Shown: piece after piece, positions 1 through 9,507 of the stretch | Position numbering within the stretch: the stretch's first letter is position 1 | Layout of the letters: each line of letters starts with the position of its first letter | DNA from: Patescibacteria group bacterium | Lineage (GTDB): Bacteria; Patescibacteriota; Patescibacteriia; Magasanikbacterales; GWA2-37-8 | Assembly: GCA_028688375.1 (NCBI GenBank) | Contig: JAQTYG010000001.1 | Location: 7,793 to 71,792 of the forward strand | DNA: 64,000 bases | Direction of reading: 5' to 3' | Translations under genes and position numbers: made by a program | Notes under the pieces: model-generated | Databases searched by the model: none | The model's input: only the letters and a program-made list of their open reading frames with translations | Told to the model about the DNA's origin: nothing

Positions 1-549
1 GGCACGCGCGGAGTGGAGGGCGTAATTTTGGCGATAAAATACGCGCGCGAAAAAAAGATTCCGTATCTGGGCTTGTGCTACGGTATGCAACTGGCGGCGA
101 TCGAATTCGCGAGAAATGTTTTGGGTTATAAAGACGCGCACACGGTAGAGTGTAATCCGGAGAGCTCAAATATCATTATTCACGTCAATCCCAATCAGGC
201 GAAAAATATTCAGGAAGCCAAGTACGGCGGGACGATGCGCCTCGGCGCCTATGACTGCACGCTGAAGCGGGGGAGCCTGGTGCGCAAATTATACGGCGCG
301 GATAAAATTTCCGAGCGCCATCGCCATCGTTTTGAGTTTAATAATAAATACCGCGCGGCTTTGGATAAGGCCGGTTTGAAAATTGTCGGCGTTAACGAGG
401 AATCCAATCTGGTGGAAATCGTGGAACTGAAAAATCATCCGTTTTTTGTCGGCTCGCAATTTCATCCGGAATTCAAATCTCGCCCGCTTGTTCCGCATCC
501 GTTATTTATGGGGTTGATTAAGGCGGCGGTGGGGAGGAAAAAACGGTAA
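1..549 (+). CDS. pyrG: CTP synthase, C-terminal glutamine amidotransferase domain (5' partial)
   Basis: The frame continues from the window edge. The GATase motif GLCYGMQL and the C-terminal region HPEF match PyrG. Confidence 0.85.
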   Translation, partial: GTRGVEGVILAIKYAREKKIPYLGLCYGMQLAAIEFARNVLGYKDAHTVECNPESSNIIIHVNPNQAKNIQEAKYGGTMRLGAYDCTLKRGSLVRKLYGADKISERHRHRFEFNNKYRAALDKAGLKIVGVNEESNLVEIVELKNHPFFVGSQFHPEFKSRPLVPHPLFMGLIKAAVGRKKR

Positions 550-638
550 TTAGTTAATTAGTTTATAAGTTTATCGGAACGCCAGTTAACGGCCGACTAA
601 TAAACAAATAAACTATTTAACTATTAAACTAAAGGGGA

Positions 639-668
639 TTGACATTCCTGTTTTTATGTGTTTAAATT
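639..668 (+). promoter_or_regulatory. orphan promoter-like element in the pyrG / sugar-transferase intergenic region
   Basis: TTGACA, 17-nt spacer, TTAAAT. Confidence 0.3.
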
Positions 669-1011
669 TACGAGGTTCCTTTTTTAGCAACATTGCGCAA
701 ACCGGCTAAATGCCCGTTTGACAGAAAGGCTGGTGAACGATGGGACGAGTCACCCAGGGTTGTGATAACGAACGCGCCAACGCGCGGCGTCAGCAAGCGC
801 TTATCGGTTCCCTTCCGTTGTTGGATGATGACCATCTAATGGAACATTTACGTAATCTCCGATACGTGCTGGTGAGGCCGACCTACACGTATATTTCTCC
901 CGAGCCTCTTGCTGATGCCTTGTTCGACGAGGTCGAAAAACGGCTTCGGTTGCGACGATGAACAAACCGCTCCTTCCTTGCGCGTTCCGCGCAAATCCAC
1001 AAAAGAAAAGA

Positions 1012-1060
1012 CCCCGTGTTGCGCTTGATTCAATCAAGTCGCAATGCGGGGCCGTTTTTT
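1012..1060. terminator. bidirectional rho-independent terminator (nested long hairpin)
   Basis: CCCCGTGTTGCGCTTGATTCAATCAAGTCGCAATGCGGGG followed by TTTTTT. The A/T-rich reverse side serves the minus-strand gene. Confidence 0.7.
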
Positions 1061-1094
1061 ATTTATTTATTTATTCTTTATTCCTTACTCCTTT

Positions 1095-2489
1095 TTATCT
1101 TCCCGCCATCCGCCCCAAAATATTAAACGTCCGAAGAATGATCGCGGTATCCACCAGTATCCCGCGATTTTTTAGATAATATAAATCGTATTCCAGCTTG
1201 CGCAGGTTTTCTTCAATCGTGCCGTAATATGATTTGTGAATTTGCGCCCAGCCGGTCAGACCCGGTTTAATCAAGTGGCGCAAGGCGTAATAAGGCATCT
1301 GGGCCGTCAGTTGCGCCACAAACTCCGGTCGTTCCGGACGCGGGCCAACCAGCGACATTTCGTTTTTAAAAATGTTGATAAATTGCGGCAGCTCATCCAA
1401 TCGGGTTTTACGCATAAATTTGCCCAGCGCGGTTATCCGATTGTCTTCAATCGAGGCGTATTGCGGGCCGTTGGTCTCTGCGCTGCCATCGGCTGTCATC
1501 GCCTTCATCGAACGGTATTTATAGATTTTAAAAATTTGTCCGTTCCGGCCGACGCGTTCCTGCGCGAAAAATATCGGACCGGGGGAAGAAATTTTAATCA
1601 GCAAAGCAACCAACGGATAAGTGACGGCAAAGACTATCGCCATCAGCGAGGCAAAAATGAAATCAATCAAAATCCGAAAGCGGTCATAAATTTTCTTTTC
1701 TTGTTCCTGCAAATTGGCGATAAACCACGATTCGGAAAAAGTGAACGGCGGAATTCGTTGCATTATTTCTTCGTAAAATTTGGCCAAATTAATCACGCCG
1801 GTTTGCCGGAAAAGCTGGGTGTATAACTCCTTCATCAATCCCTGATCCTGCGCCATAGACGGCGCCACCACCACCAACTGCACCGATAAATCCGGTTTAG
1901 CCGTGAGCAAATCCGAATATTTTTCCACCAGCGGATACTCAGCCAGTCCGGGCAAAAATTCCTGCGCTGTCTCGCCGGGGCGAACAATCACACCGACTGT
2001 TTCAAAACCGAGCTCCGGTTCTTTTTGCAGTTTTTTTATAATATCCATTGTCTCCGCGGTTAAGCCGGCGAAGACAATATTGGTTTTTAAAATTGTTTTA
2101 GATAAAAAGATGTTGTGCAGATAACGCCAGCCGGCCACCAGGCCGAAGCCGACGACGGTACAAAGCAACAGCACGGTTTTCGGTTGAGCCGTGCTACCTT
2201 GATTGATGTAAAAGTAAACCACGCCGATGGCCAGCCAGATCGGCGCGGCCACGAAAAATTTTTGGAAAAATCGCCAAGAATTTTTGGCTTGGCCAAGATC
2301 GTAAAGACCGACAATGAAAAAGATCACTGTCGCCAGCGCGAACAAACCGGTCATCGGATAAAATAGGTTGCTCCATTGAGCGGCAGTCGGCGGGTGCCAA
2401 GAACGCAGCCAGACGCCCAAATATAAGCCGGCGTAAAGCATCAGCCAATCGCCAACCAAGAGAGTGAGTTGTTTTATTCGGTAGTACAT
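1095..2489 (-). CDS. undecaprenyl-phosphate sugar phosphotransferase (WbaP/exopolysaccharide priming transferase family)
   Basis: N-terminal TM helices. C-terminal bacterial sugar-transferase domain with PGPIFFAQERVGRNG, SLVGPRPERPEF and GLTGWAQI. Confidence 0.8.
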   Translation of the reverse strand: MYYRIKQLTLLVGDWLMLYAGLYLGVWLRSWHPPTAAQWSNLFYPMTGLFALATVIFFIVGLYDLGQAKNSWRFFQKFFVAAPIWLAIGVVYFYINQGSTAQPKTVLLLCTVVGFGLVAGWRYLHNIFLSKTILKTNIVFAGLTAETMDIIKKLQKEPELGFETVGVIVRPGETAQEFLPGLAEYPLVEKYSDLLTAKPDLSVQLVVVAPSMAQDQGLMKELYTQLFRQTGVINLAKFYEEIMQRIPPFTFSESWFIANLQEQEKKIYDRFRILIDFIFASLMAIVFAVTYPLVALLIKISSPGPIFFAQERVGRNGQIFKIYKYRSMKAMTADGSAETNGPQYASIEDNRITALGKFMRKTRLDELPQFINIFKNEMSLVGPRPERPEFVAQLTAQMPYYALRHLIKPGLTGWAQIHKSYYGTIEENLRKLEYDLYYLKNRGILVDTAIILRTFNILGRMAGR

Positions 2490-2546
2490 AGCCGTTTAGC
2501 CTATTCCAAAATCGGGTTTTTGAGCGTATAATATAACAAAATTTGT

Positions 2547-4481
2547 ATGCCTGGATTCTACTACAAAATCGTAAAAAAATCAATGCCTGCCGTCGTCTTC
2601 GGCCTTTTTTTATGTTTTGGGCAAACCGCCTCCGCTTTCCAGCCCAATGACCCGGAATATTACCGTCAATCAACGATGTGGAAGCAAATCAACGCCGAAT
2701 CGGCCTGGAACACGGCCACGGGCACGGCGGACGTGGTCGTAGCCATTATTGACACCGGCATGGATACCGCCCACCCCGACCTGAAAGATAATATTTGGAT
2801 TAATCGCGATGAAATCGCCGGCAATGGAGTGGATGACGATGCCAACGGATTTATTGACGACATCAACGGCTGGAATTTTGTGGAAGGCAACAATGACGTT
2901 GTTTCACCGGTCGCGCAATGGGCTGACGACACCGGCGCGATTTCGCACGGCACGGTGATCGGCGGTTTAATCGGAGCCAGGGGCAACAACGGCGTGGCTG
3001 GCGCCGGTTTAAATTGGCAGGTAAAAATAATGCCGTTGCGCGCCATTAACAGCTCCGGTTCCGGTTCGTATGCCAACATCGTCACGGCGATAGAGTACGC
3101 GACCGCCAACGGCGCTGATATCATTACCATGAGTGTGGTCGGTTCTATCGCCGATGAAGGTTTCAAACAGGCGCTTTATCGCGCTTACAAGCGCGGTATA
3201 TTGGTGGTGGCGGTGGCCGGTAACAATCAGCGCGACCATCGGGGGGATTTGAACGTCGACCCGATTTATCCGATTTGTTTTGATAAAGACAGCGGTGAGA
3301 ATTGGCTGCTGGGAGTGACTTCGGTGGATGGCGCCGATCGTTTAAGCGATTTTGCCGATTTTGGTCAGTGCGTGGACATCACCGCGCCCGGCGACAATAT
3401 TTACAGCACGGAAAAATATATGCCGGATAAAAGAGAACTGGAAACTTTCGGCGGACCATGGCAGGGGACTTCTTTTTCCGGGCCGTTGGTGGCCGGCGCG
3501 GCGGCGCTGGCGAAATCCGCTTATCCGGATTTAACCAATAAAGATTTGATAAAAATAATTTTGTCTTCGGCTGATGAGATCGATGCGCTTAATCCTAATT
3601 TTATCGGGCAAATCGGCTATGGCCGGCTAAATGTCGGCCAAGCGCTTATCGCCGCGGCTGGCACGGCGGCGATCCCGGCTCGACTGGGTTCAATTTATTA
3701 TTTTAAAAATTCCCGATTAAGCCGTTACGATATCACCGAACAGGCCGATGTTTTTTTGGATGATGTGGGCGGAAAAATTATCGGCGTTGATTCCGCCGAT
3801 ATAAACAGCGATGGAAAAAAAGAAACGGCTGTTTTGTTGTCGGCCGGTTTTGGCTTTAAACTACGTTTGTTGTCCGCCCGGGGCGACGCATTGAGTGAAT
3901 TTAATTTGCCCGGCGTGGAACGATATGGCGCCGTGAAATTTTCCTCAGCGGATAATAATTGGCAAGTGGCGGTGTCGGCCGGCGGAAAGAATTCCACCAG
4001 TTTCAAGTGGTTTGATTTAACGGGGGCGAACATCAGCAAAATGATTTTACCGTTCTCCGTGTCGGCTTGGGCAACGGATGAAACAGGTGGCGTAGTGGTT
4101 GGTAGAAAAACAATAAGCGGTGTCACCGTCGCGCAATACAACGCGCGGGGCGTAAAAAAAGCCGAGTGGCTGGGTCGGAAAATCACCGGTCTCGACGATG
4201 TGGCTCTGGCCAGAATTACCGACAGTCGGAATGAGCAGGTGGCGCTGGTGGCCCGGCAGGGGAATGCCGCCTTTTTATACGTTTTGGATTTAGCCACGAT
4301 GAGTTTTACGCGCGCTCCGCTTTACACCGGCACGGAGAAAAGAAAAATATTTTTTACCGACCAAAACCGCGACGGCTTGGCGGATATGCTGGTTTATGGT
4401 TCTCGAGCGGGCCAACGCGATATTTTATCCGGCCGAGGCGAGGTTTTGCAGACGGTTGGCTTACCAGACCTGCCTGTTTAA
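2547..4481 (+). CDS. secreted subtilisin-like S8 serine peptidase with FG-GAP/VCBS-like C-terminal repeats
   Basis: Signal peptide. Catalytic triad context AIIDTGMD / HGTVIGG / GTSFSGPLVAG. C-terminal repeats DINSDGKKE and NRDGLADM. Confidence 0.75.
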   Translation: MPGFYYKIVKKSMPAVVFGLFLCFGQTASAFQPNDPEYYRQSTMWKQINAESAWNTATGTADVVVAIIDTGMDTAHPDLKDNIWINRDEIAGNGVDDDANGFIDDINGWNFVEGNNDVVSPVAQWADDTGAISHGTVIGGLIGARGNNGVAGAGLNWQVKIMPLRAINSSGSGSYANIVTAIEYATANGADIITMSVVGSIADEGFKQALYRAYKRGILVVAVAGNNQRDHRGDLNVDPIYPICFDKDSGENWLLGVTSVDGADRLSDFADFGQCVDITAPGDNIYSTEKYMPDKRELETFGGPWQGTSFSGPLVAGAAALAKSAYPDLTNKDLIKIILSSADEIDALNPNFIGQIGYGRLNVGQALIAAAGTAAIPARLGSIYYFKNSRLSRYDITEQADVFLDDVGGKIIGVDSADINSDGKKETAVLLSAGFGFKLRLLSARGDALSEFNLPGVERYGAVKFSSADNNWQVAVSAGGKNSTSFKWFDLTGANISKMILPFSVSAWATDETGGVVVGRKTISGVTVAQYNARGVKKAEWLGRKITGLDDVALARITDSRNEQVALVARQGNAAFLYVLDLATMSFTRAPLYTGTEKRKIFFTDQNRDGLADMLVYGSRAGQRDILSGRGEVLQTVGLPDLPV

Positions 4482-4599
4482 TCAGGCTTGCCTTTGAAGA
4501 CATATTTTGGTATTATTAAATTAGGATACAAAAATAAGATGTATCGCGTTATTAATCATTAGAAATTGAAAATTGATTGAAAATTAAAAATTTTTTATC

Positions 4600-5622
4600 A
4601 TGGATACGCCAATTTTTGAAAAAAAGAACGTGCTCGTAACCGGCGGGGCCGGTTTTATCGGCTCGCATCTTTGCGAGCGCTTGTTAAAAGAAGCGAAAGT
4701 GATTTGCGTGGATGATTTTTCCAATTCCGACCCGCAAAACATTAATCATTTGTTGCAATATCCGGATTTTGAATTTATCAATCACGACATAACTAAGCCG
4801 TTGGATTTGGATAAACTCGAAGAGCTGAATAAATTCAAAGTAAAATTTCAAGGCATCCAGGAGATATATCACCTGGCTTGTCCAACCAGCCCGAAAGATT
4901 TTGAAAGTTTAAAAATGCAAACTTTGTCCGCCAATTCCACGGCCATGTTTAACACTTTGGACCTGGCGGCTAAATATCACGCCAAATATTTATTCGGTTC
5001 CAGCTCGGTGGTGTATGGCGATGCCAGCGAGGCCAAACAATTTTTTAAAGAGGCCGACGAAGGGTTGGTGAACCATTTGTCGCCCCGCGCCTGTTATGAC
5101 GAAGGCAAAAAATTCGCCGAAACCTGCGTGGAAACCTATCGCCAGGTGCACGGGATTGACGGCAAGATCGCCAGAATTTTTACCACCTATGGCCCGCGTA
5201 TGCGTCTGTTCCAAGGGTTGCTGATTCCGGATTTTATTATCAGCGCCATTGATGGGTCGGATTTGGTGATTTATGGCGACGAAAGTATTTCTACCTCGCT
5301 GTGTTATGTTGATGACGTGGTCACCGGTTTGATAAAATTGATGGCCGCTGAGCCGGAAGTAAAAGTGGCTAATTTGGGCGACGACAGAATCGTGCGTTTT
5401 GTGGACGTGGCCAAGATGATTATCGCCATGACAAATTCCGCTTCCAAAGTTTCTTTTGAACCGAGTTTGTTATTTTTAACCAAAAAAGGCGCGGCTGATT
5501 TGGCTTACGCCAAGGAAGCTCTTGGGTGGATGCCGTTGGTGCGTTTGGAGGATGGCTTGGAGAAGACGGTGGAATATGTGGTGGCAAATAAAGAGGCGCT
5601 GGTGTTTAATCACAAAAAGTAG
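4600..5622 (+). CDS. NAD-dependent epimerase/dehydratase (UDP-glucuronate decarboxylase-like SDR)
   Basis: Rossmann motif TGGAGFIGSHL; catalytic YDEGK (YxxxK). Confidence 0.65.
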   Translation: MDTPIFEKKNVLVTGGAGFIGSHLCERLLKEAKVICVDDFSNSDPQNINHLLQYPDFEFINHDITKPLDLDKLEELNKFKVKFQGIQEIYHLACPTSPKDFESLKMQTLSANSTAMFNTLDLAAKYHAKYLFGSSSVVYGDASEAKQFFKEADEGLVNHLSPRACYDEGKKFAETCVETYRQVHGIDGKIARIFTTYGPRMRLFQGLLIPDFIISAIDGSDLVIYGDESISTSLCYVDDVVTGLIKLMAAEPEVKVANLGDDRIVRFVDVAKMIIAMTNSASKVSFEPSLLFLTKKGAADLAYAKEALGWMPLVRLEDGLEKTVEYVVANKEALVFNHKK

Positions 5623-5632
5623 TAAAGTAGTT

Positions 5633-6295
5633 ATGTTTTTCGCGGTAGTGCCGGCATTTAATGAAGAAAGAAATATCGGTCGCGTTGTACGCGACCTTTT
5701 TCAACATGGGTGTGAACGCGTGATAGTGGTGGATGACGGTTCAACCGACCAAACCGCGGCCACGGCTGGCGACGCGGGGGCGGTTGTTTTGCGCCACTTA
5801 ATCAATCGTGGCCAGGGCGCGGCTTTGGAAACAGGGGACAGATTTGCTTTGGCTTCTGGCGCCGAGGCAGTGGTTCATTTTGATGCCGACGGCCAATTCA
5901 ATCCGGCCGATATCGCGTTGGCCCGGGAACTGATGCGCGAAAAAGATTTGGATGTGGTGCTGGGCTCGCGTTTTTTGGATCGCCGCTCCCAAATTCCATT
6001 TTTAAAGAGACGGTTAATTTTACCGGTCGGACGGCTGGTCAATTATTTTTTTACCGGCCTGCTTTTATCCGACGCGCACAACGGCTTTCGTCTGCTGACC
6101 AAAAACGCGCTGGCCAAAATAAAAATCACGCAAGATGGCATGGCGCACAATTCGGAAATCGTGGCGCAAATTAAAAAATACGGATTAAAATACGCTGAAT
6201 GTCCGGTGGAAGTAACCTATGTTGAGTACGGCCAAGGATTGACGGGCGGTTTAAAAATTATTAGGGATTTATTTTTAGCTAAATTTTTAAAGTAA
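5633..6295 (+). CDS. family-2 glycosyltransferase (polyprenyl-phosphate glycosyltransferase, DPM1/GtrB-like)
   Basis: AVVPAFNEE...VVDDGSTD GT-A motifs. Start chosen at the ATG at 5633 after the upstream stop at 5620-5622; the track ORF start 5522 overlaps the previous gene. Confidence 0.7.
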   Translation: MFFAVVPAFNEERNIGRVVRDLFQHGCERVIVVDDGSTDQTAATAGDAGAVVLRHLINRGQGAALETGDRFALASGAEAVVHFDADGQFNPADIALARELMREKDLDVVLGSRFLDRRSQIPFLKRRLILPVGRLVNYFFTGLLLSDAHNGFRLLTKNALAKIKITQDGMAHNSEIVAQIKKYGLKYAECPVEVTYVEYGQGLTGGLKIIRDLFLAKFLK

Positions 6296-6299
6296 AAAT

Positions 6300-6641
6300 A
6301 TGTTGCTGATACAAATTTTTCTCGTCGCGCTCTTTGTTTTGGCGATGGTTAAGGCCGGTTTACGTTGGCGCGCCGGTGATTTGTCGGTCCAGGGACTGTT
6401 ATACTGGATCGTGTTTTGGCTGGCGGCGGCTGTTGTGGTGATTAAACCGGACGCCACTTTTTATTTCGCCCACTTGCTCGGCATCGGCCGTGGCGCTGAT
6501 CTGGTGGTTTATTTGGCGCTGGTTTTGCTTTTCTTTTTAGTTTTTCGTTTGATGACTACGGTGGAACGGCAAAAGAAAGAAATTACCGAATTAACCCGTA
6601 CAATGGCGCTAAAAGATAAACATACTGGTTTTGACATTTGA
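6300..6641 (+). CDS. small membrane protein (DUF2304-like, GT2-associated)
   Basis: Three predicted TM helices, about 113 aa, immediately downstream of GT2 as usual for this family. Confidence 0.45.
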   Translation: MLLIQIFLVALFVLAMVKAGLRWRAGDLSVQGLLYWIVFWLAAAVVVIKPDATFYFAHLLGIGRGADLVVYLALVLLFFLVFRLMTTVERQKKEITELTRTMALKDKHTGFDI

Positions 6642-6667
6642 CATTTGAGTTTTGAGATTTTTCATAT

Positions 6668-7537
6668 ATGCCTCCCGATAAATATACTGCCGTCTGGGTA
6701 TCGCACACCTCCATTGGGGATTTTTTGCGTTGCCCGCGCGCTTATTTTTTAAAAAATGTTTATCGTGATCCGAAAAATAATCATAAGATAAAATTAATGA
6801 GCCCGTCGTTGGCTTTGGGCCAGTGCGTGCACGAAGTTTTAGAATCGCTCTCGATCCTGCCTAAGAATCGCCGGCTGGAAGAATCGTTGGTGAAAAAATT
6901 GGATACGGCTTGGGGCAAGGTGAGCGGGGAGAAAGGCGGTTTTCCCAACGAGGAAATTGAATATAAATATAAAATGCGCGGGCAGGAAATGATGCGCCGG
7001 GTGATGAATCATCCGGGGCCGATCACCGGTCTGTCGGTTAAGATCAACATGGATTTGCCGTTTTTTTGGCTGTCCGAGGAAGAAAATATTATTTTATGCG
7101 GAAAAATTGACTGGCTGGAATTTTTGCCGGAAACGGATAGCGTGCATATCATTGATTTTAAAACCGGTCGATCCGAAGAAGACCCGGATTCACTGCAATT
7201 GCCGATCTATCATTTGCTGGTGCATCATTGTCAAAAAAGAGCCGCCAGCAAAGCCAGTTATTGGTATTTGGATTACAGTGATACTTTAACCGAGAAAACA
7301 TTGCCGGATTTGGACGCGTCGCGCCAAAAGGTTTTGGCCATCGCTCAGGAGATAAAATTAGCGCGTCAATTGGCGCGGTTTAAATGTCCGTCTGGCGCTG
7401 ATGGTTGTCCCGATTGCCGGCCGTTTGAAACGATTTTGCGCGGCGAGGCCAAGTTTGTCGGTGAGGACGGTTTCCGCAATGATGTTTATATTTTAAATAA
7501 AAGCGACGGAGAGGATAGAGAGGGCACGGTATTATGA
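6668..7537 (+). CDS. PD-(D/E)XK nuclease, Cas4/AddB-like with a 4-Cys cluster (standalone, no cas genes nearby)
   Basis: N-terminal Cys (FLRCPRAYF), GKIDWLE...IIDFKTG (D..DxK), QLPIYHLL (QxxxY), and C-terminal CPSGADGCPDCRP. Confidence 0.6.
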   Translation: MPPDKYTAVWVSHTSIGDFLRCPRAYFLKNVYRDPKNNHKIKLMSPSLALGQCVHEVLESLSILPKNRRLEESLVKKLDTAWGKVSGEKGGFPNEEIEYKYKMRGQEMMRRVMNHPGPITGLSVKINMDLPFFWLSEEENIILCGKIDWLEFLPETDSVHIIDFKTGRSEEDPDSLQLPIYHLLVHHCQKRAASKASYWYLDYSDTLTEKTLPDLDASRQKVLAIAQEIKLARQLARFKCPSGADGCPDCRPFETILRGEAKFVGEDGFRNDVYILNKSDGEDREGTVL

Positions 7538-8649
7538 AAAAAATCGCCCATATAGTTTCCACTTTTTGGCCCCGTCCGGGAGGGATGGGCCAGGTTTGTT
7601 TTGAGGAAGTAAAACGGCTCGCCGCCAATCACGACGTGTCGGTTTTTACCTTGCGTTACCACGGTTTGAATGAAGAAGAACCCGTGGCTGGTTTTACGGT
7701 TAAGCGAATCAAACCGTTGTTTCGTTTGGGCGACGCCGGCATGGTACGCGGTCTGGAAAAACAATTGGCTGATTTTGATGTTGTCCACGTACATTATCCA
7801 TTTTACGGCGCCATTCAGGCTATCACCGCGGCCGAGAAAAAATACGGATTCAAGTTGGTGGTAACCTATCACATGGACGCGCAGGTGAGCGGTGTCAAAA
7901 AAATACTGCAAAGTATCCACGACGCGTTGTGGGACGGCTGGTTATTCTCGCTGGCTGACAAGGTGTTGACGCCAGATAAAGAATATTTTGCCCTGGCGAA
8001 ATTTGGTCCGCGCGTGACTGCCGGCAAAATCGAAGTTTTGCCGAATGGGGTGGATACGGATTTTTTCCGTCCGGGCGCGGTTGATTGGGCCAAAATCGGG
8101 TTGGGCGACTTATCCGATAAAAAAATTATTCTATTTGTCGGAAATTTATTGGCGATTAAAAATTTAAATTTGCTGATCAAGGCGATGATCGATTTACCGC
8201 CGGAAGCATTGTTGGTTGTGGTCGGTGGCGGTTACGAAGAAAAAAAATATCGCGCGCTGGTTCGTCGGCTGGGCTTATCGGAGCGTATTATTTTTACCGG
8301 TGGCGACATTGATCGTGACAGATTGGCGCAGTTATATCGGTCCGCCACCGCGGTGGCTATTCCGTCGTTATCCGAATCTTTTTCCTTGGTGGCGGTGGAA
8401 GCCATGGCTTCGGGCGCGATTGTCGCCGGTAGCGACATCCCGGGTATTCGCGGGCGCGTGGCCAATAATGTGGACGGCTTCCTTTTTCCGGCGAATGATT
8501 TACCGGCTTGGGTGGCCGGTTTGAAACATATATTAAATTTATCGGCGGATGAGCGGCGGATTATTTCGGAAAGAGCTCGCGCGTCATCTTTGAAATATTC
8601 TCTGTCAGAACACGTAAAAAATTTAGAAAGAATTTATTCTTCGATCTAG
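7534..8649 (+). CDS. family-4 glycosyltransferase (GT-B fold)
   Basis: C-terminal Glycos_transf_1 signature SESFSLVAVEAMASG. ATGA overlap with the upstream gene. Confidence 0.75.
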   Translation: MKKIAHIVSTFWPRPGGMGQVCFEEVKRLAANHDVSVFTLRYHGLNEEEPVAGFTVKRIKPLFRLGDAGMVRGLEKQLADFDVVHVHYPFYGAIQAITAAEKKYGFKLVVTYHMDAQVSGVKKILQSIHDALWDGWLFSLADKVLTPDKEYFALAKFGPRVTAGKIEVLPNGVDTDFFRPGAVDWAKIGLGDLSDKKIILFVGNLLAIKNLNLLIKAMIDLPPEALLVVVGGGYEEKKYRALVRRLGLSERIIFTGGDIDRDRLAQLYRSATAVAIPSLSESFSLVAVEAMASGAIVAGSDIPGIRGRVANNVDGFLFPANDLPAWVAGLKHILNLSADERRIISERARASSLKYSLSEHVKNLERIYSSI

Positions 8650-8687
8650 TTTCTGTTTCTGTTTTCTATTTACTGTTTTCGCGCATC

Positions 8688-9497
8688 ATGTCATTCAACT
8701 ACGAACAATCCATCTGGGGGCAGGGGACGGCTACGCTAAAATGGAGCGACCCGGCCAGTTTTCGTTTGCGTCAATGCCTAGAATCATTTAAAAAAATCCC
8801 AGCCGGCGCAAAGGTGCTGGAGCTCGGTTGTGGCGCCGGACAGTTTATCCGCGCGCTTAAAAAAATCCGTTCGGCCTGGAATTGCTACGGCTGTGATATC
8901 AGTCAAACGGCGATTGAGACGGCCAAGACCGCCCACGATGGAGTAAATTATGATTTGAGCACCGCCGACAAATTGCTGTATCCGAACGCGTATTTTGACG
9001 CCGTGGCTTTTTTTGATGTGCTGGAGCATGTGGCCGATCCGACCGGTTTAATCGCGGAAATTTATCGTGTGCTTAAACCAGGCGGAATTTTGTATGCTTT
9101 TGTGCCCTGCGAAGGCGATGTTTTGTCTCTCTGGCGCTGGCTGGATAAGTTTGGCCTGAAAAAAGATTTAACTAAAAAATTCGCCGGCCATGTCAATTAT
9201 TTTTCCCGCGCCGAAGTCGGCGATTTGTTGGCCGCGAACGGCTTTAATATCATCCGCCGGCGTTACAGCGAGCATTGTTTGGGGCAGAAAGTCGGTATTT
9301 GGTCATTTTTTATGATGAATCGCGCCGCCAAAAAATTAGGCGGTGGGCAGATTAATAACGAACAATATTTCGCGCGTTTTAACGGCCGGGGCGCGTCCGG
9401 GCTGAAAAAAATCGGCAACGCGTTGATTAATTTAGAATCGTTTCTTTGGCAGCGTTTGCCTTCGCCGAATTTACATATCACCGCCGTTAAGAAATAA
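8688..9497 (+). CDS. class I SAM-dependent methyltransferase
   Basis: Motif I VLELGCGAGQF; post-I FDVLEHV. Confidence 0.7.
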   Translation: MSFNYEQSIWGQGTATLKWSDPASFRLRQCLESFKKIPAGAKVLELGCGAGQFIRALKKIRSAWNCYGCDISQTAIETAKTAHDGVNYDLSTADKLLYPNAYFDAVAFFDVLEHVADPTGLIAEIYRVLKPGGILYAFVPCEGDVLSLWRWLDKFGLKKDLTKKFAGHVNYFSRAEVGDLLAANGFNIIRRRYSEHCLGQKVGIWSFFMMNRAAKKLGGGQINNEQYFARFNGRGASGLKKIGNALINLESFLWQRLPSPNLHITAVKK

Positions 9498-9507
9498 AAA
9501 TCCCTTC

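Noticed and set aside
675-1010. RNase P RNA, tmRNA or SRP RNA in the orphan transcript region
   Set aside because: The hallmark motifs are absent: GGAAAGTCCGGGC (RNase P), the tRNA-like CCACCA 3' end (tmRNA) and the GGAAGGAAGCAGC domain IV (SRP RNA). It is left as an unclassified candidate.
2666-4297. Antisense ORFs 2666-3166 and 3725-4297 inside the S8 peptidase gene
   Set aside because: They are low-complexity Ala/Pro/Ser-rich translations of the antisense strand of a well-supported gene.
5522-5632. Upstream extension of the GT2 ORF to 5522
   Set aside because: It overlaps the epimerase gene in another frame. The ATG at 5633 follows the stop at 5620-5622 and gives the canonical GT2 N-terminus.
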